Shown piece by piece: positions 47,890-56,601 of a DNA stretch of 64,000 nucleotides (position 1 is the stretch's first letter; the number at the start of each line of letters is the position of its first letter). The notes beneath the pieces were generated by a model. It was not told the DNA's origin and did no database searches. It was given only the letters and a program-made list of their open reading frames with translations. The position numbers and the translations under genes were made by a program. The DNA comes from Gloeobacterales cyanobacterium (GTDB lineage Bacteria > Cyanobacteriota > Cyanobacteriia > Gloeobacterales > PMM-0068), in NCBI GenBank assembly GCA_038245785.1, contig JBBRSB010000030.1, forward strand, positions 386 through 64,385, written 5' to 3'.

Positions 47890-48423
47890 CTACAGCCAAG
47901 AGTTCTGGTTATGGGGCAACTCACTCTTAGGCTCTAGGACGGTCACTCGGCGAGAGGGATCGTCGTTCCATTGCCACAGGACAATATTCACTCCGCCTTG
48001 CTTTTGCACCAAAGGCACCCGCACCCCTGTTATGCCAATCTTCAGTAGTTGCAATACAAGGTCCCAAGTCGGTGGTTGACGTTTCTGCACAAGGAGAATC
48101 TCTTTCCATGGGGACAAGAGAGTCTGCTTGTCGATATTGAGGGATTCCCGAATAGCGGGATTACACAAATCTACAACTCCTGCCACGTCCAGTTGATAGG
48201 CGCAAAATGTCCCTGGGCGCACGAGCAGATCCTGCTGATACTCGGCAAAAGCGGTGTCGATTTCTTCCGATAGGTACAAGGCAGGTGTGCCCTTGGGATT
48301 AAACCGACCGCCAAAACGGGCTGCGCCCTCGCCACTCATGGGTTCATAGGCCCACTTCGGGGCTAGAATCCGCCAACACCTTTGTTGTAAGAGGACTCCT
48401 TGGAACTCACTGGGAAACTTCAA
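47890..48423 (-). CDS. RES-domain toxin (NAD+-targeting family)
   Basis: 177 aa. GGRFNPKGTPALYLSEEIDTAFAEY contains the R..(E)S signature region, and the gene lies immediately downstream of a DUF2384 antitoxin gene. Confidence 0.8.
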   Translation of the reverse strand: MKFPSEFQGVLLQQRCWRILAPKWAYEPMSGEGAARFGGRFNPKGTPALYLSEEIDTAFAEYQQDLLVRPGTFCAYQLDVAGVVDLCNPAIRESLNIDKQTLLSPWKEILLVQKRQPPTWDLVLQLLKIGITGVRVPLVQKQGGVNIVLWQWNDDPSRRVTVLEPKSELPHNQNSWL

Positions 48424-48441
48424 ACTCCCCTCGCTTGAACA

Positions 48442-48804
48442 TCAGGCGTAAACTCCCTCTTCAAGCATGTCAAGGTGTATTTCAACGGCATCAGCATGTC
48501 CTGCTGCCACAAGCTGTTCGGCGGTCTTGTGATCGAAGCCTGCCAGTGGCTCAAAGCGAAACCAGATCACAGCACGATTGATATTTCCACCCGTCATTGC
48601 AGCCGCTCTACTGATAATGCGAGCTACCTGTCCAAGCCGAGTTTGTACGTCTGGCGAATCAGGCCGCTTCGTTAGGGTGTTGCGGTGCATCCGAATCACA
48701 TGGGACAGCTCTGTTAAGGGCATACGCATCGTGTCGCTCATCCGATGAGGCGATATCCAGCCCTGTGTCGGATCGATCACTTCTTCAAGAAATGGCGAAA
48801 GCAT
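48442..48804 (-). CDS. DUF2384 (Xre/MbcA/ParS-type) antitoxin
   Basis: 120 aa. The C-terminal WFRFEPLAGFDHKTAEQLVAAGHADAVEIHLDMLEEGVYA has the DUF2384 pattern. The gene lies 18 nt upstream of the RES gene. Confidence 0.75.
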   Translation of the reverse strand: MLSPFLEEVIDPTQGWISPHRMSDTMRMPLTELSHVIRMHRNTLTKRPDSPDVQTRLGQVARIISRAAAMTGGNINRAVIWFRFEPLAGFDHKTAEQLVAAGHADAVEIHLDMLEEGVYA

Positions 48805-48816
48805 AAGTTTCTCTAG

Positions 48817-48835
48817 ATGTGCTTTATATGCACAT
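48817..48835. promoter_or_regulatory. 6-bp inverted repeat upstream of the antitoxin gene (candidate operator)
   Basis: ATGTGC-N7-GCACAT starts 13 nt upstream of the start codon at 48804. Confidence 0.3.
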
Positions 48836-48981
48836 TATACGCACTTGTCTAATATCTATCCACTGCTGGGGAGCGGAATACCCTGGAGAAAGCTTAGTTA
48901 GGAAACAATGGGGACCAAAAACAGTTCACGTAAGATGAATTACAGCTGGCCTACCTATAATCAACAGCCGTGGAGGTGCGT

Positions 48982-50637
48982 ATGGGTGCTGAGGGCCTCA
49001 ATCGAAAAGATTTCGCGGCCCTGGGGCTGCTCACGCTTGTCTGGCTTGTAATTGTCTTTCTGGTTAATCCTGTAGGAGATTTTCCCCTAAACGATGATTG
49101 GGCCTACGCTAAAGCGGTGCAGTCACTGCTTCGAGGTGATTTGCAGTTGACGGATTGGGCACCGGCCAGTCAGATTGCCCAAATTGCTTGGGGCGCTCTG
49201 TTCTGCCTGCCTTTTGGTTTTTCGTTCACAGCGTTGCGATGGTCGACTCTAGTGCTGGGCTGGGTGGGAGTTCTAGCTACCTTTGCCCTGGTTCGCCAAA
49301 TGGGCGTTGGCCGGGCGGTTGCATTGCTGGCAGCCCTGATCATTCTTGGTAATCCAGATTATTTGAATAGTTCCTTTACGTTTATGACCGATGTGCCCTT
49401 CTATGCTTTTTGCGCACTCGCCATCTTCTTTTTTGTGCGAGCGCTGCAGAAGGCTGACAATCCTGACACGCTGCTCGCCACGCTTTTTGCGATTGCAGCT
49501 ACTTTGACCCGTCAATTCGGCATAGTTTTGCCCTTAGCCTTCACCCTCGCTTCTCTAGCTAAGAATGGAATCAGTGCAAAAAGTCTGGTCAAGGCAGTCT
49601 GGCCCTTAGGTGCGGTCGGAGCCAGTCTCACCGTCTATCAAACCTGGCTATCGGCCACTGGACGGCTGCCCCAGATGTACAAAGACCAGGCGGGCGAGTT
49701 AACGAAGCTATTTTCGGTCGAGGGGCTTTCAAAAATCCTGCCCGTCTTAGCACCGATGATGCTTTACGTTGGTTTGTTTCTCTTTCCCTGGCTGCTCCTA
49801 GCGGTTGCCCGCTCGTGGCAAAAACGCTCGCTCCAGACTATAAGCATGGGATTAGCGTTTGCCATCGCTATGTACGGGATTGTCTCGGTTAGAAAACCCT
49901 TAGCCGATGGATTAATCCCCAATATCTTTGCGGGCATCCTCTATGACACCGGGGTTGGGTTTCCGATCTTAAAAGATACGTTCACGCTTTGGCTGCCCCA
50001 TATGCCAAAAGCCCCCATTGCTTTCTGGGTGATAGTGACAGCGCTGGGGGTCGCAGGAGCAGCACTGCTTGTTTACTTTTTAGTCCTGGCCTTTGAGGCC
50101 TCCGAAACCGATAAAGTCAAAAAAGGGCTGGTGGTATTTGCCTCATCCGGCTGCTTAATCTACTTTCTACTGATTGCTCCGCGCTCCGCTTCCTATGACC
50201 GCTATTTCTTATTCTTGCTGCCTCTGGTGCTAATCCTCGCCCTTATCCAGCCAAAAACAGTTAAGACACTCGAAATCCAGTGGGCAATGGCTATAGCTTT
50301 TAGCTTGACTTTGGCCTATGGTGCCTTTAGCGTAGCCACTACCCATGACTACCTGGCCTGGAATCGGGTGCGCTGGGAGGCTCTGAATAAGGGGCTGGCG
50401 GAGAGACGATTCACCACCAAAAATATGGATGGTGGTTTTGAGTTTGGGGGTTGGTATTCCTACGATTCTAAATACGTGGCGCAGCCTGGCAAAAGCTGGT
50501 GGTGGGTGGACCGCGATGACTTCGCACTTACCTTTGGGCCGATTGATGGCTATCGTGTCTACGAACGGCACCCCTTTGATCGCTGGATGCCCGTTGGAGC
50601 TCAAGAAGTGTTCATTCTCAAAAGAAACAATTCCTAG
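48982..50637 (+). CDS. GT39/ArnT-like membrane glycosyltransferase
   Basis: ~550 aa with 12 or more TM segments. An early DD-containing loop (FPLNDDWAY) and a soluble C-terminal domain are present, an architecture typical of family 39/83 glycosyltransferases. ATG 48982 follows GGAGGTG. Confidence 0.6.
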   Translation: MGAEGLNRKDFAALGLLTLVWLVIVFLVNPVGDFPLNDDWAYAKAVQSLLRGDLQLTDWAPASQIAQIAWGALFCLPFGFSFTALRWSTLVLGWVGVLATFALVRQMGVGRAVALLAALIILGNPDYLNSSFTFMTDVPFYAFCALAIFFFVRALQKADNPDTLLATLFAIAATLTRQFGIVLPLAFTLASLAKNGISAKSLVKAVWPLGAVGASLTVYQTWLSATGRLPQMYKDQAGELTKLFSVEGLSKILPVLAPMMLYVGLFLFPWLLLAVARSWQKRSLQTISMGLAFAIAMYGIVSVRKPLADGLIPNIFAGILYDTGVGFPILKDTFTLWLPHMPKAPIAFWVIVTALGVAGAALLVYFLVLAFEASETDKVKKGLVVFASSGCLIYFLLIAPRSASYDRYFLFLLPLVLILALIQPKTVKTLEIQWAMAIAFSLTLAYGAFSVATTHDYLAWNRVRWEALNKGLAERRFTTKNMDGGFEFGGWYSYDSKYVAQPGKSWWWVDRDDFALTFGPIDGYRVYERHPFDRWMPVGAQEVFILKRNNS

Positions 50638-50687
50638 GGGCCTCATCCTCAATCAGTTGCGGTCGCTGAAAGAGGAGCTGGCAATGC

Positions 50688-52202
50688 TCACGTCAACGGA
50701 ACGGGTAGGGTGAAATAGAACGTACTGCCCTCTCCTAGAACACTTTTGACCCAAATTCGCCCACCATGCTTCTGAATAATGTTGCGACAGATAGCTAAAC
50801 CCAGACCTGTACCTCCTTTATCACGAGCGTCTGAGGCATCAACCTGTTGGAACTGTCCAAAGATAGTTTCTAATTTATTGGCGGGTATTCCTCTTCCTTG
50901 ATCCTTGACCTGAAACAAAACTTGGTCCTTCTTAGCCTGAGCCGTTAGCGTAACCTTACTCTCGGCAGGTGAAAATTTAATGGCATTGCCCAAGAGATTG
51001 ACCAGTACTTGCACTAGCCGGTCAGGATCTGCCCAAACGGGTACGGCCTGAGCGTCAGGTAAAAGAGAAACCGTAATCTTGCTTTCCTCCGTCAGAGGTT
51101 TGATTACTTCAGCCACCTGTTGCATCAAAGTAGTTGCATCGCACCACTGCTTGTCCAAGGTGAATTTGCTGGTTTCAAAGCGCTCTAGATCCAAGATGTC
51201 ATTGACTAGGCGCACTAAGCGCTCAGTTTCATGAGCTGCAATGCCCAACATCTGCTTGTTCATGTGGGTTTCGTCATCGAGTACACCGGCAGCTAATAAA
51301 CCCAAAGCTCCACGAATGGAAGCAAGCGGTGTTCGCAGTTCGTGACTTACTACGGAGATAAACTCACTTTTCATTTGTTCTATGGCACGACGTTCGGTAA
51401 TGTCATGCCAAGAGGCAACAAATCCATCTTCCAGGCAGCTAACCCGAAGCTCAAACGCTTTGAGCAATGATGGTGATGGTAAAAGGCTGTGATTGTCATA
51501 GATCAGCACTTCTTTGATCAGCGAGGTGCCCGTTTCTACAACTTGACAACACTCCTCAAACAAAGTCTCTTGTATGGATAGGGCTGTGACTGGATAAGAT
51601 GGCAGCAGCCTGTGCAGTGGCTTACCAATCTGATCTAACGCGCTTATCCCAGTGCTTGCACAAGCGGCTGCATTAACGTACTCCACCACAAAGTCTACAA
51701 TCTGGCCGGAATCATCCCGTAGACTCCGATAAATGCCAAGACAGTCCAGCATATTATCAACAGATGTACGAAATTGGCGCTCACTTGCTTCAAGCTGACT
51801 CTTTAGGCGAGCACGTTCGATCGTATTGCGAACCACTTGCTGCAGCCGGTCTCTAGTGACCTGACGCTTATTTAAGTAATCTGCCGCTCCTCCCTTCATC
51901 GCCGCGACAGCAATTTCCTCATTGCCTTGTCCGGTTAGCATCACCACGGGTGATTCTGTTCTGCCCAGTTGCGTTTGCAATTCACCCAAGACTTCTAGCC
52001 CATCCATATCAGGCAGCTGAAAGTCCAGCAAAATTACATCTGGCATTTGCTGGTGACACAGGGCCAGTCCCTCTTTCCCACTCTCTGCTTCCAAAATCTG
52101 ATAAGTGTGCTGAGGATCGCGCAAAAGGTAAAGGCGATAGACCTCCCGGTCATCCGGATTGTCATCAATGACCAGAACAGTCCATGGCCGTTGGCGGATC
52201 AT
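50688..52202 (-). CDS. hybrid sensor: receiver + PAS + histidine kinase
   Basis: N-terminal REC (VLVIDDNPDD..ILLDFQLPDMDG), H-box SHELRTPL and N/G boxes (NLLGNAIKF, GTGLGLAI). ATG 52202 overlaps the upstream gene's TGA (ATGA). Confidence 0.85.
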   Translation of the reverse strand: MIRQRPWTVLVIDDNPDDREVYRLYLLRDPQHTYQILEAESGKEGLALCHQQMPDVILLDFQLPDMDGLEVLGELQTQLGRTESPVVMLTGQGNEEIAVAAMKGGAADYLNKRQVTRDRLQQVVRNTIERARLKSQLEASERQFRTSVDNMLDCLGIYRSLRDDSGQIVDFVVEYVNAAACASTGISALDQIGKPLHRLLPSYPVTALSIQETLFEECCQVVETGTSLIKEVLIYDNHSLLPSPSLLKAFELRVSCLEDGFVASWHDITERRAIEQMKSEFISVVSHELRTPLASIRGALGLLAAGVLDDETHMNKQMLGIAAHETERLVRLVNDILDLERFETSKFTLDKQWCDATTLMQQVAEVIKPLTEESKITVSLLPDAQAVPVWADPDRLVQVLVNLLGNAIKFSPAESKVTLTAQAKKDQVLFQVKDQGRGIPANKLETIFGQFQQVDASDARDKGGTGLGLAICRNIIQKHGGRIWVKSVLGEGSTFYFTLPVPLT

Positions 52203-52657
52203 GCCTCTCGCTTTGCACCTGGCAAGACACTCATGGCGAACCAAGTATCTACAAACGCATGAATGTAGTGACGAAATTTTTCCAGATGAACTGGCTTAAG
52301 GAGATAGGCATTGGCCCCAGCCGTGTAGCAAGACTCAACGTCTATCGGATTGCAAGAAGAGGTTAACACCACTACCGGAATGCTGTTAAGGGCTGGATCA
52401 TCCTTGATTTGTTGTAATACCTCACGACCATCGGTCCCCGGCAGGTTGAGATCCAATAGAACCAAAGAGGGACGAGGAGACTGAACAGCGTTAGTGTAAT
52501 CTCCTGTCTGATGGAGGAAGGCTAACGCATCTTCCCCATCGATACAGCGATAAATGGGACTTTCTAAAGCCGCCTCGCCTAGAAACCGCTTTAGAACGCT
52601 AAAGTCTTCATCACTGTCTTCAACGATCAGCAAAGGTTGATAGAGATTACCTGGCAT
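52199..52657 (-). CDS. rcp1: single-domain response regulator (Rcp1-like)
   Basis: PLLIVEDSDEDF..VLLDLNLPGTDG..K receiver motifs. The start at ATG 52657 overlaps the phytochrome 3' end by 11 nt. Confidence 0.8.
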   Translation of the reverse strand: MPGNLYQPLLIVEDSDEDFSVLKRFLGEAALESPIYRCIDGEDALAFLHQTGDYTNAVQSPRPSLVLLDLNLPGTDGREVLQQIKDDPALNSIPVVVLTSSCNPIDVESCYTAGANAYLLKPVHLEKFRHYIHAFVDTWFAMSVLPGAKREA

Positions 52658-54956
52658 CGTTTTCTTCCTCGTCCTTAAGCGTGAAATAGAAGGTGCTTCC
52701 CACGTCAGCGATCGATTCCACCCAGATTTTACCGTGATGTCGCTCCACAATTTTCCTAACGATCGTTAGGCCAGCTCCCGTTCCACCACCATACTTGCTA
52801 GAGGCATGAAGGCGCTTGAAAATCTGAAAGATAGTGCCTAAATGTTTTTCTAGAATGCCAATGCCGTTATCGCGGACATAAAAGATAGGGTGATGAGCTG
52901 ATGTCTTGGTTAGTCGGTCTGTTAGTTGGGCTGAATCAGCATCTAAATAACCGATCTCGACCCACTTCTGAGCTTTGTTGTTGTATTTGATCGCATTGCT
53001 GATCAAATTCGTGAAAAGTTCATTGATTTGGGTAGGGTCGCACAGGACTACAGGCAACGGTCGCGGGATACGGATCTCTAGTGCCTCACTCGTGTGATTG
53101 ATTCTTAGAACATCTAGAGCATTTTTCAATGCCTCATTCAGGTCTATGGGTTGCATAAAAAGTTCTACGCGTCCTAACCGAGAAAAATGTAGAAGCGATT
53201 CGATTAAGTTCTCCATGCGCTGAGTCAAGCGGGCCAGGGTTTGGAGTTTTGAAACCCCTTCTTGATCCAGAAGCTGTGCGTAGTCCTCAATCAATAAACT
53301 GGAATAGTTGTGAATCCCGCGCAAAGGCTCTTTCAGGTCATGGGAAGCGATGTAGGCAAAGGCATCCAGCTCCTGGTTGCTCTGCGCTAGCTCCAGATTG
53401 ACTCTGGCAAGTTCATCGGCCTTTTGCAACACAATGCCGACGATGGAACTGCGCAACTCCAGCGCCGCCTCAATTTCACAGGAAAGCCAAGGAAGAGCGG
53501 TCTGTCGCACTGTTTCTTGCCATAGGTCAAAAGATTTGCGAGGTGATAGCCGCAAATTGCCACTGGCCTCAACTTCAACCTGCGTAGTGGGGTCACCTCC
53601 CCAGTTAACCGTTTGAAGCCCTTCTGGGCGAAACCACAATATAGAGGTCTGACGATTGGGAGCAATCGACAAGGCCAATAGCCCACTGGCAACGGACTGA
53701 AATGGCGTAGCGGGTGGATATAGTTTAGACAGCGAATCTGTGTAGAAAATATGGTTGTCAATTTGGGTGTGTACCCACGGAATCAGGTCATAGATATCTG
53801 CTTCTTTAGGGGTCTTTCCTGCACAAATTAAACGCTCATCTAAGTATAAGGCGACTCCTTGAGCCCCTACTAAATCTAGTAAACAAGAGCTGTCCGCTAC
53901 AAGGCTGTCGACGAAATTATCTGATTGAGTCATCGTATCAATCAAGCTAGCTTGAATGGACCGCAATTTGAGTTTGTATTCCAGATTTTCGTGCTCTTCT
54001 TTGTTGGCCAACTCTAAGGCCATGGCTTGTCCCAAGAACTCACAGACTGTTCGGATTTCATAGCTAACATGTTTTGGAGATTGATGATGACAGGCAATCA
54101 ATCCCCACAGCCTTTGCTGGTAAATAAGAGAAATACTCATCGCTGCCCGTACCCCCATATTTTCAAGATAACTAATATGACAGGGTGAAACACTTCTGAG
54201 CGTACAGAAGCTCATGTCTAGAGGCTGCTTTGTCGTGGGATTGAGCGTAGGTATCAGAGGAACTGGCTGAGCCTGAGCATCAGGAATTAAGCGCAGAAAA
54301 CTTTGAGAAAATAGCCGTTTAGCCTGACTTGGGATGTCTAGATCGGGAAAGTGCAATCCCATGAAGGGTGCTATTCTCTTGTTTTTAGCTTCGGCAATAA
54401 CGGTACCAGAACCATTATGACTAAACCGATAAATCATGACGCGATCAAAGCCTGTTAATTGTCGGATCTCCATAGCAATTACTTGACATAAGTCATGGAG
54501 AGTTTGTGCCTTTTGCATGAGAACAATTACTGGTCGGACTAAATGATAGAAGCTTAAAAAGTTATTTTTATCTTTAGACAAAACTGGCTCCAATTCAAGA
54601 ATAATAGCTTTCCCAGAACGATGAATAATGCCATCAAAATTAACTGTTTTTCCTTCATTTTTAATAGCTAGTTTTAATGGATTGATGCTCTCAAAATCTC
54701 GTGACAAATATTGCTTAATGATCTTTATTTGTTCTAGATCAACGAGCAAATCCTTTAAGCTTTTTTTTAATAGTTCTTCAGGTTGCAAACCAAGTAAATC
54801 AAAAGTATTGCTACTCACCTGCTGAATCTTAAATTGTGGTCCTTGTAACACCAAGAGGACACCGTGCGGTTGGATAGTACCGGGGGTATGAATCGGTTCC
54901 TTATTGTACTCAGCTAGATCTATAGTTTGTTCGTTAAGTAGATTACTTTTGCTCAT
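52647..54956 (-). CDS. cph1: Cph1-type phytochrome histidine kinase
   Basis: PAS-GAF-PHY architecture with EPIHTPGTIQPHGVLLVL. The GAF chromophore region is LRSVSPCHISYLENMG with Cys at the Cph1/plant position, and there is no N-terminal BphP-type Cys. HK H-box is ASHDLKEPLR. Confidence 0.9.
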   Translation of the reverse strand: MSKSNLLNEQTIDLAEYNKEPIHTPGTIQPHGVLLVLQGPQFKIQQVSSNTFDLLGLQPEELLKKSLKDLLVDLEQIKIIKQYLSRDFESINPLKLAIKNEGKTVNFDGIIHRSGKAIILELEPVLSKDKNNFLSFYHLVRPVIVLMQKAQTLHDLCQVIAMEIRQLTGFDRVMIYRFSHNGSGTVIAEAKNKRIAPFMGLHFPDLDIPSQAKRLFSQSFLRLIPDAQAQPVPLIPTLNPTTKQPLDMSFCTLRSVSPCHISYLENMGVRAAMSISLIYQQRLWGLIACHHQSPKHVSYEIRTVCEFLGQAMALELANKEEHENLEYKLKLRSIQASLIDTMTQSDNFVDSLVADSSCLLDLVGAQGVALYLDERLICAGKTPKEADIYDLIPWVHTQIDNHIFYTDSLSKLYPPATPFQSVASGLLALSIAPNRQTSILWFRPEGLQTVNWGGDPTTQVEVEASGNLRLSPRKSFDLWQETVRQTALPWLSCEIEAALELRSSIVGIVLQKADELARVNLELAQSNQELDAFAYIASHDLKEPLRGIHNYSSLLIEDYAQLLDQEGVSKLQTLARLTQRMENLIESLLHFSRLGRVELFMQPIDLNEALKNALDVLRINHTSEALEIRIPRPLPVVLCDPTQINELFTNLISNAIKYNNKAQKWVEIGYLDADSAQLTDRLTKTSAHHPIFYVRDNGIGILEKHLGTIFQIFKRLHASSKYGGGTGAGLTIVRKIVERHHGKIWVESIADVGSTFYFTLKDEEENDAR

Positions 54957-55248
54957 ATATTTTATGCATATGTTATGTAATAGAGGAGCGACACCGCACG
55001 GTCTAAACTTCTTTCCTTCCCCACTTTTGCCCAGCTACGCTAGGACGTACCCAGCGTATTTCTAGACTTTAGACCACGAGCTCGAATTTGCAAGGGCTGC
55101 AAATATTTAATGCAGCGTGCTGAAATATGCAATACAAACCTCTAGCAGGAACTGAAAAATGCAAGCGATCCATGCATACTGTAGGTAGGGTAGCTAAAAA
55201 ATCAATCCTGGCTGGCAATTATCCGTCCATCTTGTATCCTATGTCTTA

Positions 55249-56442
55249 GTGATGATCCCCCTGAAACCCTTTTCTATGACCCAGGCTCCTTCGACTCCTA
55301 TCTATCCCCTTATGCAAAGGCGCTTGTGCAGTAATTGCGGGGCATGTGCTCAGCCGCAGTATGAGGCACAAGTTGAAGACCTCTGTGGATTCCAGACAGA
55401 TGTGGTCACTCCCTTAGAACCTGAACTGCACGGGAGACCTCGTGACCTCAACTCTGATGAAGCCTACTTTGGGGTCTTCCAGAAAATGTATGCCTCTAAA
55501 CTCAAGAACCCGCAGCAAGGCGCACAGACCAATGGCACTATCACTACCATTCTGGAACGGCTCCTGGAACAGGGAAAAGTAGACGCAGTTTTGGTCACTC
55601 AGAAAAATAGCAACAATACAGGTACGCCCGTCCTAGTCCGTAATAAGCAAGAACTTCAAAACTGTAAAGGTTCTCGCTGGGACATGGTCCCTCTTTTAGA
55701 TGCGATTCCTGAAATCCAAAAACAAGGCATTAAGCGTCTAGCTGTAGTAGGAGTGGGTTGCCAAATTTCCACCTTAAGGGCACTGGAAGCACAGCTCGGT
55801 CTGGAAAAGCTCTACGTCATTGGCCTAGTCTGTACTGACAATATGACCGCTCCCAATTGGAAGCGGTTTATCAAAACCACGAGTCGCACTCCCTGGTCTG
55901 TACGCAAACTGGAGTTCATGCCGGATTTTCGAGTTTGGTTCTGGCATGAAGATGGGTCTATCGAAAAGGTTAGCTACTTTGAAATGAGGATGGATAAACT
56001 TCAGGACTGCTTCCCTGATGCTTGCCTATCTTGCTTTGACCAAATGAATGCTTTGGCTGACTTAACCGTGGGCTATATGGCTGTTCCTATAGCCTGGCAG
56101 TGGCTTTTGGTGCGCAATGAAAGAGGACAAGAGCTTTTCGATCTCATTGGAGCAGACTTAGACCACACTGCATTTACAGACAGCGGCGACCGCGTTGATG
56201 GGATGAAGCGGATCTTGAAGTATTTAGGTAAGCCCCCGACGGTGCTGCCTCGACTTTTAGCCAGGGTCCTCGATGGGCGTATTCAGTCCTCTGGCCCCAA
56301 AGGCTTGGAATTTGCCCGATTGGTAGTCGAGAACAAGCAAACCCGCAACTGGTATTTCTTAAAGCAAAGATACCCGGAGAAGCTGGCCAAAATTATCCCG
56401 CCACACACGCAACAAATCCTCGACCGTTACAACCTGAAATAG
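55249..56442 (+). CDS. FrhB-family (coenzyme F420 hydrogenase beta-like / HCAR-like) Fe-S flavoprotein
   Basis: 397 aa with an N-terminal CSNCGACAQ cluster motif, a central VGVGCQISTL and a later CLSCFD, as in the FrhB/HCAR family. Confidence 0.65.
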   Translation: MMIPLKPFSMTQAPSTPIYPLMQRRLCSNCGACAQPQYEAQVEDLCGFQTDVVTPLEPELHGRPRDLNSDEAYFGVFQKMYASKLKNPQQGAQTNGTITTILERLLEQGKVDAVLVTQKNSNNTGTPVLVRNKQELQNCKGSRWDMVPLLDAIPEIQKQGIKRLAVVGVGCQISTLRALEAQLGLEKLYVIGLVCTDNMTAPNWKRFIKTTSRTPWSVRKLEFMPDFRVWFWHEDGSIEKVSYFEMRMDKLQDCFPDACLSCFDQMNALADLTVGYMAVPIAWQWLLVRNERGQELFDLIGADLDHTAFTDSGDRVDGMKRILKYLGKPPTVLPRLLARVLDGRIQSSGPKGLEFARLVVENKQTRNWYFLKQRYPEKLAKIIPPHTQQILDRYNLK

Positions 56443-56601
56443 CAGTCAGTGACCCACAAAATGGCAAAACGGAAGTTTCTAGTGAAGCCCTCCTTTAAGG
56501 CGCAAGTAGGGAAAAACGATTAAAGTAAGGGTTGAACCCGTACGCTATTTCCCTTAGGGTGAGAGCAAGCAGGCTCTTTGCGTAGCAGATTAGGAGGTTT
56601 T

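Noticed and set aside
41810-48900. Tn7-like or CRISPR-associated transposon inserted at glmS
   Set aside because: There are no tnsA/B/C/D/tniQ or cas12k-like ORFs and no repeated TnsB-type end motifs (TGT...ACA with arrayed ~20-bp sites). Only an IS3-family fragment is present, so only the hotspot interpretation is kept.
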